DNA of 64,000 nt from Tubiluchus corallicola (lineage: Eukaryota > Animalia > Priapulida). The position numbers and the translations under genes are program-made. The DNA is taken from positions 637,945 through 701,944 of the forward strand of contig JAQGDQ010000081.1 in NCBI GenBank assembly GCA_030141605.1, read 5' to 3'. Under the pieces are notes generated by a model that ran no database searches, was not told the DNA's origin, and was given only the letters and a program-made list of their open reading frames with translations. Numbering within the stretch: position 1 is the stretch's first letter; every line of letters starts with the position of its first letter. Shown here in pieces: positions 23,901 to 39,600 of the stretch.

Positions 23901-26900
23901 TGCTGCAGCCAGTTTATGGCCGCAACATCAATATGAATCAATAAATTTTGCAAAGCTTTTAGCTGTAACAAGACTCTTCCGTGCAAAAGTGACTTGATTC
24001 AGGCACCCATAACAATGGGTTATGACTCCTAAGAGGCAGGAGCTGATGTAGTTTCTGTTAGTCAGGCAAAGTAATTAAACTCTCGTCTTACGTGAAAACG
24101 TGTTAGTTAAAAGTTAAAGCACGTGCAGAAGAAAACTAATAATTTCAGATTATTTTCTCTCCCTGTTGCCTCGTCGTTTAACAACGTGACACCACGTTCT
24201 AATGTTTGAAAGATGTGCATGCTATATTGAAAGTTGAAACCACACTCTAAAGTTTGAAAGATGATCATATTAACTGTCATCGTCTGTTTATTGTTACGGC
24301 AGTCGATGACGTCATTGCCCTTTACTTGTGCTCGCTGTTTATTATCTTATATCTTGGCTTTTTAGAGAACCAATTTCAGTCAAATATAATAATAAACGCA
24401 ATGCATCGTAATTCAGTGATTTTATTACTTCAATTCTGCATTTTGATCTGACTATAAACAGAATTAGCATGGTTTGCAGATTTGGACCTGTTGCTACGGG
24501 TATATGCGGAAAATTCTTCAATCGTCGAAAATAAGATGTTTTTATAAAACTGAACTCTGCAGATATACCTGTATAATCAACAGTTTATCTTACTTCTGAT
24601 TTGAAATACTCCATGTAGAAACGCAGTTTCTAGTACCAACCTAATCTGCCAATCAGCATTAAAAATATTGGAAAATAGTGTATTATTATGTTGTCCGCAT
24701 TTTTGCAGTTAACATTATACAGTGATATCCTCATCAAGTATTAATTTGTTGAAAAGGATTATTTTTGTATTTACTTTTGTTCTATTTTTCGTGAAAATCT
24801 ATTTCGATTTTAATTAAGCTTGTTCACAGTTAAGTGAACAGGTCAGTTAAATATTTTCAAGAAGTTGGTAACCATGTCACAAATAGTTCAGTTAATTAGT
24901 CAATTATCTTCCTGTTAGTTACAAGTAGTCAAGATGGTTGGTCTCTGTGTCATTATTCTTCATCATGTTCCACCTCTATGGCTATTAACCTTGCACAGAA
25001 ACTCAATCCAGGAAAGTGTGGTAGACAAAATGCATCGTTACTATTTCGACAGTCTCTGTTATGGGGCATAGGGAATATGTAATGTGATCTCTAACAAAAC
25101 TCTTTACCAGTTTGACCCACTAGTTGATTTGCACATAGAGAAACATATTACATACTGCAAAATAAGAAGATTTTGTGCTCTTTTGAGATTCCAGTTTAAC
25201 TGTTCATACTTATAATAAGAGAGCACAGTGCTGCCAGAGTTCCACTTAAAAGAACAATTTGACAAGCTTCTAGCACCAGGAAGCGTTCTCACCTGTATAA
25301 AAACAGTAAACAATATCACAGCTATAGTAGTTGTGTTGATCAACTCCTTCTGTTCAAATTTGTTCTTGTCCAACATGGCGGCGAGCGAGAAGCACACAGC
25401 TCCTCTCAGCCCTCCATATCCCTGAAAATATCAATCCAGTATGACTCGTTTTATGCCTAAGTAATTGGAATTAATGATCCAGTAATCAAGTAATTCTTAA
25501 CACATTAAATCCAACATAGCGTTCTCCTTGGGGTAACATTCACGCATTGGAGTGATGTCACTGCAGAGTTCACAGAGTAGAGTGTGTGAGTAAGCTCTGT
25601 AATTTATACACTTTGCAGGTGGCCGTAAGTTTAGTCACACAACTGATGTAAGAAAAATGGAATTTTAGCATTAAGCCATTAAAGTGTTGGAAATCACAAA
25701 AATGCAGTGTTACAGTAACAAATTACACAAACGTGATAAAGTGAAATCTGTAGTTTTGATTTAATCGAGTGATTATTTAACGATGCTGCTAAAACGGTTT
25801 AGGGAATGAAATTCTTTTCGAAACCTAAAAGATAACTATAGTGATGTTTTTACGAACACCTTAATTTATAATATGTGAGATCTGTCAATTATTGACGATT
25901 TTTAATGATAATTTGTTTAACTTACCATGATAAACATTTCCTCCCGTGTTACTCTTCGGCCAGTTGTAAAATAATTCGCACAACAGGTCAAGAAATAAAC
26001 ACCTGAAAATAAGTGTTCTCATGCTGCTTAAAGGTGCACTGGCTTCTACTAGTTCAATAGTAATTTTTATAGATGGCAACACCATTACTATGAGCAAAGC
26101 ATATTAGCAGGTTAACATGGCGCATAAGCTGGTGTCATTTATCAATAACGAGAGAAAGAATACAAGGGAGTGCCATTTTAATTTTATCAATCCCATCTTT
26201 CCATCTTTTATGTTGCAAAAGTCAAATTTCTGTTATTGCTTTTGAACTGGCTGAACAGAGAATACCCACCAAATGAAAAGTTATAATAAAACCAATTTAT
26301 GCAATGCTGTTATAATTGACATAATGTGCTATAATTGCTAGTAAATGGGCTACTGTCATACACAGATAATTTTGGTTTCAACGAGCTTCAGATTTTACTA
26401 CAAATAGCAAATTAGTGTATAAATGTGTCTTCCCTCTCCATTAATAAAGGAAAGGAAAAAGTAGCGTCTATACTAATCTGTTATTTTCAGTAAAAGCCTG
26501 AAAGCTTATTGTCGGACATTAGTCTGTAGACGCATTAGACCATTAATTTTACCTTGTATGAAAAATACAACTTCTAACGTAATACTTACTAATAAATCTA
26601 AACACCAAGCAAAAGATAATGGTTAGTAAAACAAAACTTGTATTCCAAACATGTCTGTCGTGCACCAAATTCATTCCCAAAAACAGGAATATAACTGACT
26701 CGCTTGTGGCACTAAAACAAACAAAACAAGAATAACCAAACAGCGACAACGTTGTACGAGTTATTTTATCTTCAGCTCCTAGGATAGGTCCACTTATAGA
26801 CACTGTGGCACTCTGCAAGCTCGAATCCAGCACTCAGTGTCAAGGCATACTCAATGTAGATGGTTGTGGGGAGACTGGAATCTTTCTCACTATTTAGGAT

Positions 26901-29900
26901 AATCTCCTAATCTCCTAGGTTAATATATGTGGTCTGGGACAATACTTAGTCTAGTACTAGTGGCCTAAACATCAGTAAAATTGTAATCAGAATATTTATC
27001 GGACTATTGTCTGCAGGAAGGCCCATAAAAATTGTTATAATGCAAATCAAGTCTTTAGTCTTTTTGTTTGTTTGTTTTAAGCCTCAATTCATGTAATACA
27101 CACAGATTGGAAGGAGACATTGCATAATGTCTATATTAAGGTTGAACATTGGCCCTCTTTATTATATAAGACAGATTTCTCTTTCAATAAAATCACAAAA
27201 GGTGCCACGTGTATTGACCAAATAAATGTAATTCATTTCCTTCTGAGAAAGCATCTATTCACTAATCAATCACTATTCAATAAATACAACCTGAGCATTT
27301 TTCCGAAGTACTTGATAGTTGTATGAGACTTAAACGATATGTTGTGTACAACATATTGAGCCTGTACCAATCCACAGACGATTATTCTGAAAAACAAAAT
27401 GAGAATGAACACGCACGTCATCGTTTCTTCAGACTTAAAAACAGAATTATTGCTAAAACGTTTGACCTTAATGGATATGGGTGATGCAAGGGACTAAAAT
27501 CACGTTGAGAGCAGGCCAGTTTCGAAACATGAGTTACTGAAGTTGAGTAGGCATCATTCACTCGTTTACTAAAGTAATACTACGATACTACGCTTCACCT
27601 TGTGTATTCAAAATCAATATTAAGCGATCATCCCACATTAAAAGTGAATTTTACAACTCAGCTAGCTGGCTACGTGATATTCACCTAACATTAATTAAAG
27701 CTACTCCGCCGTGGTGCTTAGTAGAAAAGCCTTGAAAACGGACGTCAACTTATTGTATTCCTTATATGAGGAATACAATAGCCACGCAATTTGATCGGCG
27801 CCAATACTCTAAGGCATTATAAATACCATTAACACACATTTACAACCACAAAGAGAGAACAGCAGACACGTGGTGTTTGTATAATAAATGTCTTGAACAA
27901 CTTCTTTAAAAATTACATTTTGTTCAGAAAAAATTGTGGCTTCTTCTACATTCACTAATCCAAATACGAAGTGTTTGCTAAGGTTGTGCACACATTCAGC
28001 TATAATTCATTTACTTCTTGATTCAAATTGTGTATTTAATCGTGACTGTAGCTGAAACAGAATGCCGCAATAGGAATTTCAGTTTAAGACTATATAAATC
28101 ATTAGGATGATTCAATAAAATTCCACACACATAAATTCAGCAAACGATTTGCACGCCACACACGTCTAATTAGACATGAAAGTTGATTCAATAATCACAG
28201 TGAAAAGTTAATAACAGTGGTACACTCTCGACTTCAGTTGATCGAAATGTAATTATAATACAGCTCGAGGCATAAGCTCCAACGTAAATCCCTCCTACAT
28301 TTAGCCCCAATGAACAATCTAATAAAAAAGTTAAACAATCTTGATGCCTTGAAGGAAAATGCGGATCATGACGGCGTTCATAAAGTAGAAGCGCAAACAG
28401 TTTTTGATACCAAAGGTACTTACGCTATAATCCCAGAAAAATGAAAAAGTTCGGCAACCAGATAAGACAGATATGCCATTCCTAATACAGCAAGCGGCTC
28501 CACAACTAAGAAAATTAACAATAGATTATATTAAGATTATTCAATAACCAAACTACAAAGGCGGCTTCAGCCAATCGGAATAAACCAATGACAATTCAAT
28601 TTTTAAAACTAAACTTGGGCAAAAACCTGAAATGTGAAAACGTTGGAACTGAGCCTGTACTTGAACTAGGAGTTTAGGCCTAATGGATTATAAGCTCCAA
28701 GTCAAGACCACTAGACTATCCAGTCATTTGTGATCAAGGCACGTCTTAAAATAATCAACCAATCAAATGTTCAATGTGACACCGCAAGAATAATTACTGA
28801 CCGTTTGCTTTAATTTATAGTCTAGCTGAATCTATAGTCAATCAATTAATGCAGTGATGCGTGTGAAGTCATAACTCCGATTCCAGGATAAGTAATAATA
28901 TTGCCTATAATAGTTAATAGCGTATATACAAGCGTGAACAACAATGATGAGGATTTCTGCAGCCAACACCGGAATGTTGTGTGACTTTTTGCAAAAATTT
29001 CAGTTTATTTTTATTACTTTTTTACTTTCACAGGACGGGACAATCAATTAACAAGCCCTGCCTTTTGATTGCCCACAACACATTTACATTTATATATAGG
29101 CAAACATAGTGTGCGCTTTCTCGTACAGAAACAGTAAAAAATAATTTGTATTATGTTCATTGTAGGCCCTTTCACTATATTTGGTATACAAAATTATTGT
29201 AAATATGTTATGTAAAATAAATGACTTGTGACTTATGACCGACTCTTAACTACTTGCGTGACCTCTTGCTTACGTCACGCGTTTTGGGAAAAAGTTCTCA
29301 CTACGTTAGTTACTTTTAGTTAATTTTAATTTGAATTAAAACAATGTTCCAGTTATTTTTCCCTACAAAGAGAGGGAATGTATTTTGTACATAGTTTTTA
29401 AAAATAAAGAATTATAATAATAAAAAATAATAATAATTTTGCCGGCATCGAAGACAGTGTCGTTTAGCAGTGCCGCGATAATAACTGCATAATTTTGAAA
29501 AACAATATGTAGGTTGTAGCGTGAGAGTTTTTGAAACCTACCTCTAACATTTATAGTATATTTTGTAATTACGGCTGTCAGTATTCCCATCAGGAGACCT
29601 ACTGCTAATCCGCCAAAACTGACGACGAAGAACGATGCAACTCCCAACAAAATTTGAGAGATGTCGATTGAAGGCGACGACACTAGCGACACCATCATGT
29701 TATACACAACCACCGTCACCGCATCTGTGAAAATGTAGAAGCTGAGCAGAAATTGCAACAGAACAATAAATTTTTGTTTCCCTGATATTAAATGTATATC
29801 AAGTACATATACTAATGTACAAGTACATTCGGAAGTCTTAGTTTAGTGAACTCCCTTCATTGTGCTTAAGAAGCTATCTTGTCCGTATAACGAAAAAAAA

Positions 29901-32900
29901 TTCATACTTGTAGACTTAAGTGCCAGACGACTGTCCCTGCCGGATGAATGTAAAAGGAGCCATAGATAATTGACGTAAAAATTTCGGGCACGTTAACGTG
30001 GCGTATATAAAGCAAGAAAGCAAGCAAATTTCCTTCTTTACGAACAAAAACAAGTGCCTTCTTCTTGGAAAACATCCCGCAATGAACAACGATTTTTTTA
30101 TAAATTTATTAAAAAATGACAGCGTTTCTGTTGCACAGTAGTAGTCATCATTGTGCTAGTGTGCAATAGAAACGTTGTTATTTTTTATATAAAAAATATA
30201 AAAAAATCCGTTGGTTATTGTGGGATAGTTACCAAATTAATGTTATATTTGTTTTATTAGGAATTTGAAAACTCCTTATAAGTACGGTACTTTATAATAA
30301 TAATAATAATGATAATAACAATGATAATAATTTTATTGCCTAGAGTACATATAAAGATGCTCTTTGGCGTACAAACATATAAAAGTCACAAAAACTCTCA
30401 AAACCATATTTTATAGAATACATTTATGTAAATCCTTGAAAAACAAACTTTACTACGCTATAAACAGACACAGGTGAAAAAAACAAAAAGTTAAAAAGCT
30501 TCTAATAATAAAAGTGTGTTAACTTTACATTTAAAAACAGCAATACTTTGGGAGTTTTTGACCTCTCCTGAAAGCGCATTCAAGAAACGAGGGGCAGCAC
30601 TGTCCAGCTGAAACAAGACTAGTTCTAGGTTTTTACTAAAACATTAGTGTCGGATGATCTTAGTCTGAGGGATGTGGTGTACGTTTGTAAAAGCTCAACT
30701 AGATAACTTTGTTCCATTACATCTTAAGCGCCTACCGTTTAGTAAACTTTCTCCGAACACTAGAAAATACAACGTGTTGTTAACTCCCAGTTCTTGGAAA
30801 ATGGCGAGAACCTGTAAAAAAGAAACGGTCAAGGCACCTTTGTAAGTGAATTGCTGTAAGTAGTGCAAGATTACGGGCCTGCCACAACCATCAAAATTAC
30901 TAAGATTAAGACGTGGATTCCGGCTTGCAGTGGCAAATTAAAAACTGTACAAAGAACGCCTGCAAAAGGACGAAACCACAGATTACCCATGAACAAATTG
31001 ATAAACCAAATTGGTAAAATTGATTACCAAACTTGATGTTTCGTCACTTTTATTCTAATTCGTTCCTTCTAGTATAAAAACATGAATTACATCTCTGACA
31101 TTGTAACACGAATATAATAATTACGCTAACAAGCATTGCAGCAGCTTAAGTGAACCTGTGCTGATTAATTTTCGCTGATCGTGAGTACTTAATCACAGAA
31201 TAATGATGTTATAGTCAGTTGAATAAGAAGCCACTTGAATGCATAACTTTGCAGCTTCTTGTCAAGCCATCGAATGCGTTATTACGGGATAGTAATATAT
31301 TGATATTGAATTAATCAGCTGAGTTGCGCAAAATTAATTTTTATTCTGAGAAAAATGAAAACTTGAAAAATGAGTCTTTTTTTGAAAAAACACGACAATT
31401 CTTTTTTTCGCTAGGCTATCGCGTTTAACCTATCAACGTTCCGATAGCCACATGTTTTCCCCAACTAACGCCACCCTTTTCATTGTCGTCATTTTTATCT
31501 TGTCACAAATATTGTTGAAACTATGGTCATGAGTAACTTTGTCAGCTACATCGTCTCCTTGTTGTCGACGAATTTCATTCTCAACATAATCGACTATCAT
31601 CGTTAACATCATCATCCTCGTCGTCGTTGTCATCACCGCGGCCGACGTCAACATCATCATAATTACCCCCAAGCCACTATTGTCGTTATCATGTTGGCCA
31701 TGTTTGCCATCAACATCGTATCGCCACTATCATTATCACAGTATTATCGTTATCATCATTGATACCAGCCTCATCGTCATTGTCGCCGTTACCATAATTA
31801 CTAGCATCGTCACGGCTGCTGCTCGTCACCAGCATGTTTATTACGTTTATCGAGTAATTACACAGGAAACCAGTTTGAATAGCGGTAGAAGAGTTCCATG
31901 CGAGTTAGGAGATTAAACCTGCGAAGTTTGTATCTCAGCTATAGGCTTCACGGGGAACAGATTTGGCGTAAGCAGTGCATAACTTCGAATGACCTTGTTT
32001 ATAATTGATTTAATGTTAGAGGACATTTCACTGCAAGTGATTAATTTAAGTGTAAGGCTACTAGATGGGAATCACCGATTGTCACTGTAAAGAAGTAGGA
32101 AGTGGCCTTCAGTGGCGACCAATGTGGCCAAAATCACGTCAGCGGGCATTTTCAATACCAACTGACTAATTTGAAAATAATTTACTTAGAAAGCAAAAAA
32201 CTGGAAGATCAATCAACCCGTCATATCGAAATCGATCTTAATCTTTTTATGCATGAACGCTGATACATTTCTTGCAAGAATATTGATCATGCTAGGCAAC
32301 AGACGATAAAGACAAGAGAATTTTGATTTATTAATGTTCAATGCTAGAATCTTCTTCTAAGAGCAATTCGGTACAGAGTGTTCCAAAAAAGTGTGTTATA
32401 AATATTGCGGTGTGCTGAAATATACTGCATCAAATCACAATGAAATGTGGTTAATGGTCATTTACTAATTGACTTCACTGCAATAACTGCTGAGAATGAC
32501 CGCCGTTAACTTACAGACGACGCTAAATGTTAAAGGAAAACAGGTTGATCTTTCATATCCTACTCCATTTCGAATTACACATTTTGACACCTATAATAAT
32601 GCCAAAGTGTTTCCTATAATTAAATTACAGGTTAATACCTTTATTAATAATGGGCGAGCCCAACTAATGATGACATCGCAACTGAACATAACTTTCAACA
32701 GCACAAACACTCCATGATTGTGTTGCACGTGTTTGCGAAAGCGGAAATTGAACTCCAGCATTACTGTACGACATTCAGCGTGATATATAAAAACTCAGCA
32801 AATTTTAAGTTCAAAATTCAAATTTCAAGCTTACCGCTGTGCCCACGCATGTGCTCTCGAACGTGTGCACTATGTCACAACCGAACACCTGTGAACTGAG

Positions 32901-33639
32901 ACGTGCAGCATTTATTTTTTGTGTAACGCATTTCCGAAATGTAGGCGATTTGCCCGTTTGACCAAATTTTGTTATTTTGCCCAGAATATTCTGCGCTTCT
33001 AAATTAAGACACCATAATACAGGACCAGCATAGTTGTGCTGCGCCATTTCCTCTAAAAAACAGGAGAATATCATTATGTAATAGCCACTTAATCGTTCAA
33101 ACTTACCGCAACAGGATCTACTGCAGCTATAAGAGAACCAAATACAAGACAGACGATGAAACTGATGTATAGATCTCCTAAACCTCCGCTCACACTGCAG
33201 CCGTACATCGCGGGACCAATGGTGAAAATGTTTATCAATGTTCCCTGCAACATAACGGGAAATGGTAAGTAGAAGTCCGTCAGTCTGCTAACGTTAAAGT
33301 GGTTTCCTTAGACAGTTAACAATGAAGCAGTTAACTCAGACTGTCCGACTACCAATGGACTCAGAGTAAACCAGTTTACCATAACTATTCGGTACATTCA
33401 TCGTGGAAAATGTTCGTGCTGATTAACTACCCCGAAACAGTTTACATTTAAGCAAACAGTTTAACAATTTGTTTAAATTGTGTTTTAACAAAACATTTAA
33501 CATAATGTTTTACTCCGTATGTGTATTGGATAGTATTTCCGCGTTATTTTTTAATAAGTTGTATTTTGCAAACGTTCCTCTTGAAATGCTTTAACATCAC
33601 CATCACCGTCGTCATCATCATCATCATCATCATCATCAA

Positions 33640-33698
<59 letters not shown>

Positions 33699-36600
33699 CA
33701 TCATCATCATCACCATCATCGTCATCATCATAATCATCATCATCATCATCACATCACCATGTTAATTATGATGACCTTAATCATCACCTTCTTCCTCATC
33801 ATTGATGTGATCACTGCCATCGTCCTCCTCTTCCTCATCATCGTCACAGTCACCATAATCATTATCAACAACGTTATCATTGCCTTCTCATCATCGTCAC
33901 TGTTTGCATTATCATCGTCACCATCAAAATATGTTGTTATCACAAATACCGTCACCATCATCACCACGAGCACCACCACCGTCGCCACCATCGACATCAT
34001 TACCATCACTACACCAACCATCATCGCCACAGCGATTCTGCATTTGGATGTAATATTCCTATTGCCAGAATTTCGAATTCACAATTCACGTCATTTCAAA
34101 GAAAAATCGATAATGCTGTAACAGAATTGCTTAGAGATTAAAGAACCATATTCAATCAACTTTTCTTCTACCAACTTTAGCTGAATATGTTCAGCCCGCT
34201 TTCAAATGCTTAAAACGGAAATTGTAGTCGGAAATCCTTCATGAAAATCCGCAGTAAACTTGAAGTTGATTAATTTTGAAAGCTTACAATCGTGGACGGA
34301 ATATTTGTCATCTCTTTCTAAACTTCATTTATCATAATTTTACAAATATAAATTTTTAATTTGCCATTAAGCATATAAATGGCATTATTGCATGCGACTG
34401 GACGGATTTTTATGAGCCACTTGACTTTGGAAACGAAGTTGAGACGCTGAGAAACTGGCTTGCTACTATTGCTGCTGGCGCCGTCGCCGACGCCGTCGCT
34501 GTTCCCACCACCAGCATCGTTTTACTTCACAAATGTTGCCGTTCACATTTCATTTCGATCGTGTTCTTATTTATTTATTTACTTATTTATTTATTGTTTA
34601 GCAATTTATGCAATTAACAACGATATAGTAACACATTTATTTGCACAAAAAAATTAAATTACAAACACTAAAATACTTAACAATACACACGAGGTGACAT
34701 TTGTGTTTTTTCTAGTGAATGTCACTTCTACACGTTAGTTATTATGTTGGCGTAATTCCTTGGGAACGTTGCTATAAATTGGAGCCATAAAATGAATGGT
34801 CAGATTAACGCAAACCTAACAGGCATTTGCAAACTTCTGTCTCCTGTTGAGGAGGACAGTGTTCAGACGCTCGTGGAATTCAAATGCAGAGTATAGAGAA
34901 GTTTATTCTGTCGGTTCTTTAAGTTTGCTTCACGGGAACAAATAAACTAGTTACAAAAATTAATGTATTGTAAGAATCAAGTGCATTCGAATGCCATGTG
35001 ATATTGGGCTTCAGGAAAATCGGCGTTACGGTATGAAGAAAAAAGAAACAAAGTAGAAAGTTTAGTTAATAATTACTGCTCCCTGCTACTAACTAGCAAG
35101 CGTGTAAAACGTTGTTCACTACGATCTTTGTCTTACAAGTTGTAGGGCTGGAAAACTTTGTCTTGCAAGTTGTAGGACTTACAAGATGTAAGATTGTAAA
35201 ACTACGTATTACAAATTTAAGATTATAAAACAATGTCTTACAGGTTGTAAGATTGTGTAAAGCTTTGTCCTACAAGTTGTGAAACTGTTAAACTTTGGCT
35301 TACAAGTTGTTGGACTGTAAAGCTTTTACTTGCAAGTTATAGGACTATTTAAATTTAGTTAAAGTTTAACGCAGACGATTAAGACAATTACTTTTTAAAG
35401 TCGCGGTCGACTGCAGAGCGCAGGGAACCGTAACTCTTACGTTTTTTAAAATTAAAATTCACTGGCAGGTTGGTAGACTGACTCAATTACTTTACAACCG
35501 GAGGCTTACACTGAAATCTAGGAGTGTAACACAAGTGAAGTGAACCACGTAGGACCTAGACATTAGTGCAAAGGAAATGTCCTGCAGATTTGCATTGACT
35601 GACCTACTGTCTGGGAGGCTGGCCGGTTGGATGACTGACTGACTGACTGACTACAACAGAAACTTTGTTGTTGAATTTATCCGTTTAAGGTACACTACAT
35701 TGCTGGATTACAGCAATTTATCTATCTGAAAGGAGAGTGAAGATGCGTACACAAAAATATGATTACTTCCAAAAAGTATAAGCCAGGATATTATGACAAT
35801 TAATATTTTGACGCCCCGTTTGTATCAGAGACGCAAAATATTTCTTTCTGAGTGTGGCAGTCATAATTATGCGCCTTTTGAGTTCTCAGACTTGTTCATT
35901 CATAATTTTGCTAAGAAGCCAAGACTAGATTTTAGTAATACATACCACTACAGCGTAAAGCAGTATCGTTCCAATGTTATCAGCAAATGCTCTGTCATGA
36001 AGAGAATAAGCTGACTCTAACATTATCCTGTAAATAAACAAAATTTGTGCTATCCTTCATGTGAATAACAAAAACGAAGTCGGTGCAATTAATATTTAAT
36101 CAGCTAAAGATCAAGCAATTTGTGCTTATGATAATTAAAATAGGGTTATCGTATTCTGATGTTCGTTTTTTGCTAATGAAATTTGCAATATTCAAATAAA
36201 ATGTACAATATGCAATATTTACAATATTTGCGGTTAATTCATCTAAGGACAATCTAACGCAAGACCTTTTAGGAAGTTTCTGATGAATTTTGCAGGGAAA
36301 TGAAATAAATCTAATAAGTTAGCTATACAGTTGCCATGGTGGCCATTTTTTAATCGTCTCGAGCTACCTTCTATAGAGATTCGGATCCTTGTTGTGAAGC
36401 CATTGAGCTCTAGTTCGTTTAGACAAAGACGCTTTGACGCTTGTGTTCCAACTCTTAGTTATAACAAAACACTCCAGGGTCGGATTAGGTGTAACGGTGC
36501 CCCTAGCACCTGGTATCCTCGCTCTTTCCTTTGCCCCGCGTCACAGCGTACACGTTTCGCGGCTCAAAGTATACGCATTATGTGATACATTTTTATGCAA

Positions 36601-39600
36601 CTTATGCGACGTTACTTGTAAAACAACTGCATTGCTCTATATAGGATTCATGCCGCTTAAATGCTTTATTGGCTTTAAAATGAAATTTTAATTAAGAAGA
36701 AAATCAGGGTTATTTTCAGCACCAGAGGTCAGTTATTGGAATGCCTGGAAGGTAAACATTAAGGACAACCTAACAGTATAATATTAAATAACGTGAATAT
36801 ATCAATATAATTTTTCAGTAACACAATGGCCAATGCTGCTCTCTACTTCATTTAAATTTTACGTTAACATATTTTATTTGTTTTCAATTCTTGCTAGCTT
36901 AGTGTCGGCTGAACCTTGGTGCCTTAAGAACGTGCTTAGTCTGCTGATGCGTTAAACCGGCCCTGGTTATTACAGGCATGTAGAAGACGTGGTTTAAACA
37001 GGAAAATTTCAGTTTTTATTAATTAAAGCAAACCGGTAGATGTTGTCTCCCTAACGAAGTGTGGGATCCTTAAAGCTTGGCCATTTTACTCATTTATTGT
37101 TGTTGTGTGCGATGGTGTTGTTGCTGTTGGCACATGTTTAAAAACTACCAGAAGCCAAAGCTTTCATTGTAAAAGGCTGAAATTTTACACATGGATACTA
37201 CGGATCTTTTTAAAGTTCGTAGTGGAGCCCGATTTTTCATTTTTCTGATTTGGCCCTCAAATGTGCCAGCTAAATGGATCTCCCGTATATGCTGTTATTT
37301 TGTTGTTGCATTGTTTTGATTTGTTTCGTTTTAATGTATAATGGATCGGTCCCATCCTCGTGATTCTATTTTTTACGAAAAATGCCTTGCCACGACAATG
37401 ACAAACGCTTACCATGATTTTCTTACAGAAATCATTATTGACTTTACAAAAAATAGCAAGTAGGACGTGCCGGATCCAAATGCATTCTAGTTTTAAAAGT
37501 GCCTCTACTACACTACATCTATTATCAGCACGTAAAAGAATGTATCTTAAAAGAAACCATAAGTTTCCGCATAAAGAAATGTTCTGAAAGGGTATCATTA
37601 ACACTATGATATTAACACTAACAGGTGATTAACACTATATAAGCCGATAAGCGATGCTACAGCTTTTAAGCAAGGCAAGTCATGGCAAGGCAAGGAACTC
37701 AACACACTGACGTCATTAGTACTAACAGAATCGATACAGAACAAAACAAATCAACTAGCCACCATGATATTTTCTGATCATGAATGTTTATTGATATTGT
37801 TATAAATTATAACTACTTTTATGACGGGAAGCCATCTTCGACAATCATTATAAAGAGGGCTGTGTTGTTTAATTGTTCCAAGTTAGTAAAATTTACGGTC
37901 ACAGTTCCATCTTAGCATTTAAAACTTTTTACACATTTTTTTCTTTAGAAAAAAATTGATGGCACCGTATGGGCGCAGATGATCCCAATAAATAATGCAT
38001 GGCAAAGGAAGGTGTCGAAACCTTCTTTGGCTGCTGCTTCTACAAGCGTGCTGCAGGCAAACAAGTGTCGTGACATAGTTGAAACATAAGGGACCAAGTA
38101 TTTTTCATTTGCAATAAATAAATTCATTCGTAATTGAACCTAGCTGGGGAGCTAAATCTCTTTCTATATTTATACCAGTTGAACCGCCTTCGCACTTCTT
38201 TGTCGGCAGACTCTTCCTCCGTTGTGTCTTCACCAGTCTCTTGGCTATCTTCAGTAGCAGGCTCGGCTTCAACTGTTTTGTCAGATCCATTGATAGCGGG
38301 CTCTGACATCGCTGTTCTACTTGTAATTGTGGCTTTGTCTCTATACTCTGACATAGTGGTCCTGCTTGTAATTGTGGCTTTGTCTGAATACTCTGGCATA
38401 GTTATCCCATCTTTGGCACGATGACCTTGTACCTTAACGAGGTCATGCTTAATAATAACTTTACTATCTTTCCCAGGTTTGTCTTCAGATAGTAATTCAG
38501 CAACCTCTTTAGCTCCAAGAACTATTTCCTGACCTTCTTTTGCTCTGAAAACAACCCTCTCTTCCTCAACTTTGCCAGCCTTTTGAATTTTACCAAGTGG
38601 TTCATAACCTTGTCTCGCCATTAACGTATCACGTTCTTCCATAACGTTATCAGTCCTTTCAGTTTTATCTATTGTACCGGAAACCTCGGGAACTTTGGGA
38701 GCTCCTAAAACTACCTGACGACCACGCTGTGCATCCAAACTGTCATTTTCACTATCAACCAGGTTAATCCATTCAGCTTTATCAATCGATAGGGAGTCTT
38801 CAATTTCTTTGGCACCAAAAACTGCTTCGTGGCCTTGTTTGGCTCTAAAAATGCCACTTTCGTCTTTGTCGTAATCAACTTCTGTAACTTTGGCAGCTTT
38901 TTTGCTTGCAGGAATGGTCACAACTTGTTCAGTGATAGACGAGATAGAAGTAGCACCCTTGGGCCTCAAATCACGGTCTGCATCTTCCACTCGTTCAGAT
39001 TGTTCACTTATTTTGCTCATAACATCAACTTTATCTTCTTTCAATATCTTGTTGACATTATCACTAAGGAGTTCTGCTTTATCATCATGCGAAATACATT
39101 CTGATGGAATTAGGAGCGGTTTAGTACTGTGAGTTGCATCTTCACTTTCTGCTTTTCTTTCTACGTATTTTTTGCCATCTGGTACTGACGTCATTGCTTT
39201 ACTAGTGATTGTACTCATTTCTACATGTGATGCGTCCACTTTGGTTGCTTGACTGATACCACTTGGCTTGTCACTTTGTTCAGTCTTGTCATCTAATGTT
39301 GACTCAGTTACCATTTGAGCTCCAGAAGCCTCCTCTGTCATGTCAACTGATTCAGCTGTGAATGTACTTACTTCTGCAGCTTTTTGTTTTCCACTAATAT
39401 CAGTATCACTGTACAGTTCACTGTACAGGTTATTATACAAAGCTCTAGCATTATCAACAGAACTTACTAAATCTGTTGGTGCTACTTTCACCAAAGTTTC
39501 CTTGGCAAGAAAATCTAAAGCTTCGACACTTGAATGCTCTTGGGCAGATGCAGACTTCGAGTCATAGACAGCCACTTTTTCTGTTTCTGTTACTCTTGCT

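Noticed and set aside
33521-34121. Poly-Ile, poly-Met and Thr-rich ORFs
   Set aside because: Derived from the (CAT)n microsatellite inside an SLC9A intron.
35130-35348. Repeats of about 30 bp as a CRISPR array
   Set aside because: Head-to-tail degenerate units without unique spacers, no cas genes, eukaryotic context.
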